DNA from: Thermococcus barossii
GTDB taxonomy: Archaea > Methanobacteriota_B > Thermococci > Thermococcales > Thermococcaceae
Length of the DNA: 32,000 bases
Reading direction: 5' to 3'
Assembly: GCF_002214465.1 (NCBI RefSeq)
Contig: NZ_CP015101.1
Span: 80,502-112,501 of the forward strand
Shown: piece after piece, positions 25,299 to 32,000 of the stretch
Layout of the letters: each line of letters opens with the position of its first letter
Position numbering within the stretch: the first letter of the stretch is position 1
Notes under the pieces: model-generated
The model's database searches: none
What the model was told of the DNA's origin: nothing
What the model saw: only the letters and a program-made list of their open reading frames with translations
Position numbers and translations under genes: made by a program

Positions 25299-26653
25299 TC
25301 CCTTCTTTTTAATTTTGCAATAAAAAAGCTGTTGCAGTCGTGCTTGTGAGTCCACGCTCTAAAGACCTTCTCCCCCACCTCAAGGAAGCCCCTATCGCCC
25401 CAGCTGAAGTCGTAGGGAATAAGCTCCAGCCCGGCCCTGTTTATCGCGAAGAGCACGTTCTCCTCGTCCTCGTCTATTCTAATCGAGCAGGTTGAGTAGG
25501 TCATCTCGCCGCCGTCGCGGAGGTTCCTGTAGGCGTTTCTGAGCATGTTGCGCTGGACGTTTATGATCCGCTTTATCTTCTCCTCGTTGAAGCGCCACTT
25601 TACCTCGGGAAACTGGCGGTAGGTTCCGGAGCTTGAGCACGGCGCATCGAGGATTATCTTATCGAACTTTTCTCTGTCCTTAAAGCTCTGGCCGTCGGCG
25701 TGAACCAGCTTGACGTTTTTAATGCCGAGGAGCCTCATCTTTTCCCTCATGCGCATGAGCCTGTCGTAGGAGTAATCCACCGCCACTATCTCACCGCGGT
25801 TCTCCATCAGAGCAGCAGCGTGAAAGGTCTTGCTCCCCGGCGCAGCCGCCAGATCGAGGACCCTCTCACCTGGCTCTGGGGCCAGAACGTGGGCAACGTA
25901 AGCGCTCGCCAGATCCTGAATCACGAACTTCCCTTCCCTGTACCAGTCGAGTCTCGTTACGGGCGTTTTGTAGTCGAGAACCTTCAGGACATCGGGGACG
26001 GGGGTTCTTGCCGTCCTTACCCCGTTCTCCTCAAGGTAATCGCGGAGGGAATCAACGTCCGTCTTAAGGGTGTTGGCCCGGACGTAATAGCGTTGCGGCC
26101 TGTTGTTGCTGAGGAGTAGGCGGACGGCTTCATCGTAGCCGAACAGTTCGAGGGCGTACTCAACGTACCAGCGCGGGTGGGAGAAGCGGACGGAGAGCCA
26201 CTCGATTCTGTCCCTCTCCTTGAGCTTCTTAAGCGCCTTATCAACGTCGAACTTCTCTATCGAGTGCATGAGCGCGTTGACGAACTTCGCCCTACTGAAG
26301 TCAAAGCGCTCCTTGACGACGCGAATTATCGAGTCCGTGGCTATCGCCGGCGGAACCTTTCTGAAGTGTATCTCAAAGGTTCCTATGCGGAGGAGACTGG
26401 CCAGATAAGGGTCGAGATCATCAACCGTCGAGCCCTTCAAAACCGAGTTGATTATGAAGTCTATCTTCGCCCTCCACTTCTCAATCTCGAAGACGTAGGC
26501 GTGGGCCAGTCCGCGGGCCTTCTCCCTATCCCTACCAGCTACCCGCTTAAAAACTCTCTCAAGGGCGTGCTTCGACGACAGCTCGCGCTCCTCAACCAGG
26601 CTTAAAGCGTCGGCCACAACTTCCTGAAAGCTCACCCTGTAAAACAGCTCCAT
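25295..26653 (-). CDS. NOL1/NOP2/Sun (RsmB-like) RNA cytosine-C5 methyltransferase with N-terminal NusB-like domain
   Basis: Track ORF 25295..26737 is 5'-overextended into the polB start. The ATG at 26653 gives MELFYRVSF... (452 aa). The SAM motif is VLDLAAAPGSKT, and the catalytic motifs are ILDAPCSSSG and TYSTCS. Confidence 0.88.
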   Translation of the reverse strand: MELFYRVSFQEVVADALSLVEERELSSKHALERVFKRVAGRDREKARGLAHAYVFEIEKWRAKIDFIINSVLKGSTVDDLDPYLASLLRIGTFEIHFRKVPPAIATDSIIRVVKERFDFSRAKFVNALMHSIEKFDVDKALKKLKERDRIEWLSVRFSHPRWYVEYALELFGYDEAVRLLLSNNRPQRYYVRANTLKTDVDSLRDYLEENGVRTARTPVPDVLKVLDYKTPVTRLDWYREGKFVIQDLASAYVAHVLAPEPGERVLDLAAAPGSKTFHAAALMENRGEIVAVDYSYDRLMRMREKMRLLGIKNVKLVHADGQSFKDREKFDKIILDAPCSSSGTYRQFPEVKWRFNEEKIKRIINVQRNMLRNAYRNLRDGGEMTYSTCSIRIDEDEENVLFAINRAGLELIPYDFSWGDRGFLEVGEKVFRAWTHKHDCNSFFIAKLKRRD

Positions 26654-26735
26654 GGACGGGGCTTTGAGCGGGAGTTTAAAAAGGTGGTGGTGAGGTTTAT
26701 TAGCTCTGGGTTCGATAATCAAGCAGGTGTTGGTC

Positions 26736-29700
26736 ATGATCCTTGACGTTGATTACATCACAGAGGACGGAAAGCCCGTCATCAGGGTCTTCAAGAAGGA
26801 TAAAGGAGAGTTCAAAATTGAGTACGACAGAGAATTCGAGCCCTACATCTATGCTCTTCTCAGGGACGACTCTGCCATCGAAGAAATCGAAAAGATAACC
26901 GCAGAGAGGCACGGCAAGGTCGTTAAGGTTAAGCGCGCGGAGAAGGTGAAGAAAAAGTTCCTCGGCAGGTCTGTGGAGGTCTGGGTCCTCTACTTCACGC
27001 ACCCGCAGGACGTTCCGGCAATCCGCGACAAAATAAGGAAGCACCCCGCGGTCATCGACATCTACGAGTACGACATACCCTTCGCCAAGCGCTACCTCAT
27101 AGACAAGGGTCTCGTCCCGATGGAGGGCGATGAGGAGCTTAAACTCATGTCCTTCGACATCGAGACGCTCTACCACGAGGGAGAAGAGTTCGGAACCGGG
27201 CCGATTCTGATGATAAGCTACGCAGATGAAAGCGAGGCGCGTGTGATAACCTGGAAGAAGATCGACCTGCCCTACGTCGACGTTGTCTCCACCGAGAAGG
27301 AGATGATAAAGCGCTTCCTTAAGGTCGTTAAGGAGAAGGATCCGGACGTGCTGATAACATACAACGGCGACAACTTCGACTTCGCCTACCTCAAAAAGCG
27401 GTGTGAGAAGCTTGGCGTGAGCTTTACCCTCGGCAGGGACGGGAGCGAGCCGAAGATACAGCGCATGGGCGACCGCTTCGCCGTTGAGGTGAAGGGCAGG
27501 ATCCACTTCGACCTGTACCCCGTCATAAGGCGCACCATAAACCTCCCGACCTACACCCTTGAGGCTGTATACGAGGCGGTTTTCGGCAAGCCCAAGGAGA
27601 AGGTCTACGCCGAGGAGATAGCCACCGCTTGGGAGACCGGCGAGGGGCTTGAGAGGGTCGCGCGCTACTCGATGGAGGACGCGAGGGTTACCTACGAGCT
27701 TGGCAGGGAGTTCTTCCCGATGGAGGCCCAGCTTTCCAGGCTCATCGGCCAGGGTCTCTGGGACGTTTCCCGCTCCAGCACCGGCAACCTTGTTGAGTGG
27801 TTTTTGCTCAGGAAAGCCTACGAGAGGAACGAACTCGCTCCCAACAAGCCCGACGAGAGGGAGCTGGCGAGGAGAAGGGGGGGCTACGCCGGTGGCTACG
27901 TCAAGGAGCCGGAGCGGGGACTGTGGGATAATATTGTGTACCTCGATTTTCGCTCGCTGTACCCCTCCATTATCATCACCCACAACGTCTCGCCAGATAC
28001 GCTCAACCGCGAGGGATGTAAGAGCTACGACGTTGCCCCGCAGGTCGGTCACAAGTTCTGCAAAGACTTCCCCGGCTTCATTCCGAGCCTGCTCGGAAAC
28101 CTACTGGAGGAGAGGCAGAAGATAAAGAGGAAGATGAAGGCAACGCTTGACCCGCTGGAGAGGAAGCTTCTCGATTATCGCCAGCGCGCTATCAAAATCC
28201 TGGCGAACAGCTTCTACGGCTACTACGGCTACGCCAGGGCAAGATGGTACTGTAAGGAGTGCGCCGAGAGCGTTACGGCATGGGGCAGGGAGTACATAGA
28301 GACGACCATTCGCGAGATAGAGGAGAAGTTCGGGTTTAAGGTTCTCTATGCGGACAGCGTCACTAGTGACACTGAGGTAATAATCAGGCGGAACGGCCGG
28401 ATTGAGTTCGTACCAATAGAAAAACTCTTTGAGCGCGTGGATTACAGAATCGGAGAGAAAGAGTACTGCGTTCTGGAAAGCGTTGAAGCGTTAACCCTTG
28501 ATAACAGGGGAAGGCTCGTATGGAGACGGGTTCCCTACGTTATGCGGCACAGGACAAACAAGAGGATCTATCGCGTATGGTTCACTAACTCATGGTACCT
28601 TGACGTGACGGAGGACCACTCGTTAATAGGCTACATGAACACTAGCAGAGTAAAGCCCGGAAAGCCTTTGAAAGAGCGCCTCGTCGAGGTCAAGCCTGGA
28701 GAACTGGGAGAAAAGGCTAAGTCCCTCATTACACCCAACAGAGCGATTGCTCATAGCGTTAAGCTCAGCCCAATTGCTGTCAAGCTCTGGGAGTTAATCG
28801 GTCTGCTGGTAGGCGATGGTAACTGGGGTGGCCAATCGAACTGGGCCAAATACTACGTTGGCCTTTCCCTTGGAGTTGACAAGGAGGAGATTGAAGAGAA
28901 AATCCTGAAGCCCCTGAAGGAGACAGGCATTATCTCAAATTACTACGACAAGAACAAGAAGGGCGACGTTTCCATACTCTCCAAATGGCTCGCCGGGTTT
29001 ATGGTTAAACACTTCAAAGACGAGAACGGAAGCAAGAGGATTCCCGGGTTCATGTTCAACCTTCCAAGGGAATACATAGAGGCATTTCTACGGGGACTGT
29101 TTTCAGCAGACGGAACCGTGAGCCTGCGTAGAGGAATCCCAGAGATTAGGCTAACGAGTGTTAACGGGAAGCTCAGTGATACCGTGAGAAAGTTGCTGTG
29201 GCTCGTTGGAGTCTCCAACTCAGTATTCACCGAAACCAAACCAAACCGGTATCTGGGGAGAGAAAGTGGAACGCATTCAATTCACGTGAGGATAAAGGAC
29301 AAGCACCACTTTGCCGAGAGGATAGGCTTCATCCTCGACAGAAAAGTCACCAAACTCTCCGAGAACCTGAAGGGGCATACGAACAAGAAGAGGGCCTACA
29401 AATATGATTTCGACTTGGTGTATCCCAAGAAAGTTGAGGAGATAGCCTACGACGGCTACGTCTACGACATCGAAGTTGAGGGAACCCACAGGTTCTTCGC
29501 CAACGGAATACTCGTTCACAATACTGACGGTTTCTTCGCGACGATTCCCGGGGCTGATGCCGAGACCGTCAAAAAGAAGGCAAAGGAGTTCCTCAAGTAC
29601 ATAAACGCCAAACTGCCCGGCCTTCTTGAACTCGAATACGAGGGCTTCTACGTCAGGGGCTTCTTCGTCACGAAGAAGAAGTACGCGGTTATAGACGAGG

Positions 29701-30233
29701 AGGGCAAGATAACCACGCGCGGGCTTGAGATAGTTAGGAGGGACTGGAGCGAGATAGCGAAGGAGACGCAGGCGAGGGTTCTTGAGGCGATACTCAGGCA
29801 CGGTGACGTTGAGGAGGCCGTCAGAATCGTCAAGGAAGTGACGGAAAAGCTGAGCAAGTACGAGGTTCCGCCGGAGAAGCTGGTTATCCACGAGCAGATA
29901 ACGCGCGAGCTCAAAGACTACAAGGCCACCGGCCCGCACGTGGCCATAGCGAAGCGTTTGGCCGCCAGAGGTGTTAAAATCCGGCCCGGAACTGTGATAA
30001 GCTACATCGTCCTCAAGGGCTCGGGGAGGATAGGCGACAGGGCTATTCCCTTCGACGAGTTCGACCCGACGAAGCATAGGTACGATGCGGACTACTACAT
30101 CGAGAACCAGGTTCTGCCGGCAGTTGAGAGAATCCTTAGGGCCTTCGGCTACAAGAAGGAAGACCTGCGCTACCAGAAGACGAGGCAGGTTGGGCTTGGC
30201 GCGTGGCTGAAGCCGAAGGGGAAGAAGAAGTGA
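26736..30233 (+). CDS. polB: Family-B DNA polymerase (PolB) precursor containing one intein
   Basis: The ATG at 26736 is preceded by AGGTG; the track start at 26727 is a GTG. The N-terminus [21 protein letters not shown] is near-identical to Thermococcus PolB as I recall it. Motifs are ExoI FDIETLY, Exo[13 protein letters not shown], motif [11 protein letters not shown], motif [14 protein letters not shown] and motif C YAD|TDG, split by the intein. The exteins are 540 + 236 aa. Confidence 0.97.
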   Translation: MILDVDYITEDGKPVIRVFKKDKGEFKIEYDREFEPYIYALLRDDSAIEEIEKITAERHGKVVKVKRAEKVKKKFLGRSVEVWVLYFTHPQDVPAIRDKIRKHPAVIDIYEYDIPFAKRYLIDKGLVPMEGDEELKLMSFDIETLYHEGEEFGTGPILMISYADESEARVITWKKIDLPYVDVVSTEKEMIKRFLKVVKEKDPDVLITYNGDNFDFAYLKKRCEKLGVSFTLGRDGSEPKIQRMGDRFAVEVKGRIHFDLYPVIRRTINLPTYTLEAVYEAVFGKPKEKVYAEEIATAWETGEGLERVARYSMEDARVTYELGREFFPMEAQLSRLIGQGLWDVSRSSTGNLVEWFLLRKAYERNELAPNKPDERELARRRGGYAGGYVKEPERGLWDNIVYLDFRSLYPSIIITHNVSPDTLNREGCKSYDVAPQVGHKFCKDFPGFIPSLLGNLLEERQKIKRKMKATLDPLERKLLDYRQRAIKILANSFYGYYGYARARWYCKECAESVTAWGREYIETTIREIEEKFGFKVLYADSVTSDTEVIIRRNGRIEFVPIEKLFERVDYRIGEKEYCVLESVEALTLDNRGRLVWRRVPYVMRHRTNKRIYRVWFTNSWYLDVTEDHSLIGYMNTSRVKPGKPLKERLVEVKPGELGEKAKSLITPNRAIAHSVKLSPIAVKLWELIGLLVGDGNWGGQSNWAKYYVGLSLGVDKEEIEEKILKPLKETGIISNYYDKNKKGDVSILSKWLAGFMVKHFKDENGSKRIPGFMFNLPREYIEAFLRGLFSADGTVSLRRGIPEIRLTSVNGKLSDTVRKLLWLVGVSNSVFTETKPNRYLGRESGTHSIHVRIKDKHHFAERIGFILDRKVTKLSENLKGHTNKKRAYKYDFDLVYPKKVEEIAYDGYVYDIEVEGTHRFFANGILVHNTDGFFATIPGADAETVKKKAKEFLKYINAKLPGLLELEYEGFYVRGFFVTKKKYAVIDEEGKITTRGLEIVRRDWSEIAKETQARVLEAILRHGDVEEAVRIVKEVTEKLSKYEVPPEKLVIHEQITRELKDYKATGPHVAIAKRLAARGVKIRPGTVISYIVLKGSGRIGDRAIPFDEFDPTKHRYDADYYIENQVLPAVERILRAFGYKKEDLRYQKTRQVGLGAWLKPKGKKK
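28356..29522 (+). mobile_element. Intein with LAGLIDADG homing endonuclease in PolB motif C (pol-c insertion site)
   Basis: 389 codons, in frame. It starts with Ser right after YAD ([10 protein letters not shown]) and has block B TEDHSL. The two LAGLIDADG motifs are [13 protein letters not shown] and [13 protein letters not shown]. Blocks F/G are [21 protein letters not shown], followed by the +1 Thr of TDG. Confidence 0.92.
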
Positions 30234-30237
30234 GAAG

Positions 30238-31227
30238 TCATTTAGTCTCTTTCTCCAGCATTTTTGCTACAACCTCTTTTTCTAGTCTTTCTCTGACTTC
30301 CCTGAATCTTAGTTCTTGAAGAGATGTTCCATATTTTTTGAGAGTTTTATCAAGTTCTTTTCGTGATTCCCAGTACTTTTTTCGATTTTCTGGGGTTTTT
30401 GTTTGGAGATATGTAAGTTTATGTTTAAGAAATAGCTGGTACTTCTCACGGATCTCTTTGTTTATTCTTCCTTGTGCCTCTAACTTCTTTATTGCATTTC
30501 TGTAGAACTCATCATAATGGAAAAGCCATCCTTTATAGTCTGCACCCCAGACTCCAAGCTCATCCAAGAGTTCATGTCTGCTGGGATGGTAGACCCCCAA
30601 CACAAAGAGCCACTCTGGAGAATACTCATCTCTAATCAAGCTTATTGTTTGTTGTAGTAGCTCTTCACTTCTTACTGTAACATAGTTACTGTTGCCATTT
30701 CGTTTCAACAATCCACCAATAGCAATATATTTGTACCCAAGGTCTTGGAGCATTTCATAGCATTTTTTGTATTCGTCAGCATTGTTTCCTTGGGCCACGC
30801 CTATTAGTTTGAATTTTCTCTTAAACCCGTTGTCTTCGTAGACATTGATGGCCTCTTCGGCGCTTTTTAGGGTGGCTTTCATATCGTGGAGAACGTCTTT
30901 TATAATCCCATAATGAACTTTTAACTGAACATATTTCTCAAAAAGCTCTTCATAAGTGTGGTTTGAGCCGTTTTTCTGGAATACTCCACTATCAGAGATT
31001 TTTATGATATTCCTTTTTAGGAGTTTATTAATTTCTCTTTTATTTTTTTGAATCTCGTCAACATATTTCAGTTGGGTCTTAGATGGAAACTTACTAAACA
31101 ATTCGATGAATTGAGGAGAGACATTAGCATGAGTCATCAGTCCAAATTGAAGACTTGGGAACTTCAGGAATAAACCTTTGAGAATTTCTAAGCTAGCTCG
31201 GCGATCTAAAACAAAAAATGGGATCAT
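30238..31227 (-). CDS. Divergent TGT-fold (tRNA-guanine transglycosylase / DpdA-like) protein with Lys-rich helical tail
   Basis: 329 aa in low-GC DNA. ISDSGVFQ resembles the TGT substrate-binding motif (T)DSGGFQ, YIAIGGL resembles (Y/F)AIGGL, and LGVWGADYKGW sits where TGT has the G-x-D-x-F-D nucleophile strand. There is only one Cys, so no CxCxxC...H zinc site. A strong SD (AGGAGGT) lies 7 nt upstream of the ATG. The family assignment rests on motif recollection only. Confidence 0.5.
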   Translation of the reverse strand: MIPFFVLDRRASLEILKGLFLKFPSLQFGLMTHANVSPQFIELFSKFPSKTQLKYVDEIQKNKREINKLLKRNIIKISDSGVFQKNGSNHTYEELFEKYVQLKVHYGIIKDVLHDMKATLKSAEEAINVYEDNGFKRKFKLIGVAQGNNADEYKKCYEMLQDLGYKYIAIGGLLKRNGNSNYVTVRSEELLQQTISLIRDEYSPEWLFVLGVYHPSRHELLDELGVWGADYKGWLFHYDEFYRNAIKKLEAQGRINKEIREKYQLFLKHKLTYLQTKTPENRKKYWESRKELDKTLKKYGTSLQELRFREVRERLEKEVVAKMLEKETK

Positions 31228-31250
31228 CGAGATTAACCTCCTTTTTGATT

Positions 31251-32000
31251 CTAGTCTGTAACCTCTGTCCTACCACAACAGTGTTCGGGTAAATTGTTTA
31301 AAAACTCTATTACCTTGATATTTGCATTTTCGAAATGTACTGGGATTGGAACTGCTTCCATACCTAGTGCATCATGGCTGATCACTAGCCAGTCACCTTT
31401 TTTGAATTTAAACGTCTGGTTAAACATGTCTAATCCCAGTCCAAATGCTTCTGCAACTGCTTCTCTGTCTGTTTTTCGCGGGAGTTTACTTACGAAGTAA
31501 GTATGTGGTTGTGCGAGGATGCTTGTATTTAGGTACCGAATTCTCTGAGTTGCTATCCCAAGCCCTAGTCCAAACTTTCTTCCTCTCCTAGCTAATTTCA
31601 TTGCAATATCTGAGGAATGTTTGTATGATTCGTTTCTCTTGTCAACATCTTGGGGAATAAATTCATCGGCCTCATCAAATATGAATACTGTTGTAGGAGT
31701 AATAACTCCATTTTTCCGTCTTTCTTCGTACAATCTTGTACCTAGCTCCCAGGAAGTATTCCGTATTTGATTTGGATCGTGTGATACAAAGATTAGAATG
31801 TTCGGATTGTCTTTTGAATTTAATAGTTCAATGATCTGTGATGTTGTAATACCGAGTGCCATTGGGGTGCCTGTTCTTGTTTTTATGTTTTCCAGTGCAA
31901 GTTTGATTTTTCCGAAACTTTCTTTTATATCTTCAGATTTCCCCCGAAGTTCAGACTCCAGTTTGTTGAGAAGTTTTTCAGCCAGTTCTGGGGTTACAAT
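31251..32000 (-). CDS. HerA/FtsK-clade (DUF87-type) P-loop ATPase, partial (5' end beyond the window)
   Basis: The track lists 31251..31862 from an internal Met. By hand, the frame stays open upstream to base 32000 (IVTPELAEKLL...). The Walker B-like motif is TTVFIFDEADEFIP. ARRGRKFGLGLGIATQRIRYLNTSILAQ matches the HerA-type (E)GRK(F/Y)G(V/L)GL..(S/T)QRP core. The Walker A motif must lie outside the window. Confidence 0.6.
   Translation of the reverse strand: MVTPELAEKLLNKLESELRGKSEDIKESFGKIKLALENIKTRTGTPMALGITTSQIIELLNSKDNPNILIFVSHDPNQIRNTSWELGTRLYEERRKNGVITPTTVFIFDEADEFIPQDVDKRNESYKHSSDIAMKLARRGRKFGLGLGIATQRIRYLNTSILAQPHTYFVSKLPRKTDREAVAEAFGLGLDMFNQTFKFKKGDWLVISHDALGMEAVPIPVHFENANIKVIEFLNNLPEHCCGRTEVTD

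Noticed and set aside
26700-28052. A 450-aa minus-strand ORF (and 29277..30077, 266 aa) inside polB
   Set aside because: It is antisense to the unambiguous PolB reading frame. It has no recognisable domains and is a shadow ORF.
1-32000. CRISPR arrays, IS elements and integrases
   Set aside because: No regularly spaced short direct repeats, terminal inverted repeats or transposase/integrase-like ORFs were seen. The only mobile element supported is the intein.

Overview
This window looks like chromosomal DNA from a Thermococcales archaeon (Thermococcus-like). It is densely packed, mostly about 50-55% GC, with GGTGA-type ribosome-binding sites and TTTATAA-type TATA boxes. Most of it is conserved housekeeping. 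One minus-strand operon carries rps6e, aIF2-gamma, a Fcf1-like PIN protein, an HD protein and a DUF434-like protein. Other calls include Sec61-beta (a 56-aa ORF missing from the track), EngB, an Lrp-family regulator, a Clp1-type polynucleotide kinase and DGGGP synthase. Further calls are the trimeric RPA operon (RPA41/14/32), ScpB, a DtxR-family regulator, an NCS2 purine permease, an ABC importer lacking a solute-binding-protein gene, a DmpA-type peptidase and endonuclease IV. Also present are DUF373, an MTH1187-family protein, AMMECR1 and a NOP2/RsmB-type m5C methyltransferase. RNA genes are a 5S rRNA immediately followed by tRNA-Asp(GUC), and an oppositely oriented tRNA-Lys(UUU). They sit in a 0.7-kb non-coding tract built from a degenerate ~360-bp-period duplication with conserved hairpins. 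The family-B DNA polymerase gene is interrupted in motif C (YAD|TDG) by a 389-aa LAGLIDADG intein. The most unusual feature starts 4 nt after the polB stop. Composition drops to about 33% GC, and a minus-strand operon encodes a HerA/FtsK-type ATPase (truncated by the window end) followed by a divergent TGT/DpdA-like transglycosylase-fold protein. I read this as a horizontally acquired candidate nucleic-acid base-exchange or defence module. Many ORF-track entries are antisense shadow ORFs or 5'-overextended, and starts were re-set where an ATG with a good RBS is visible.
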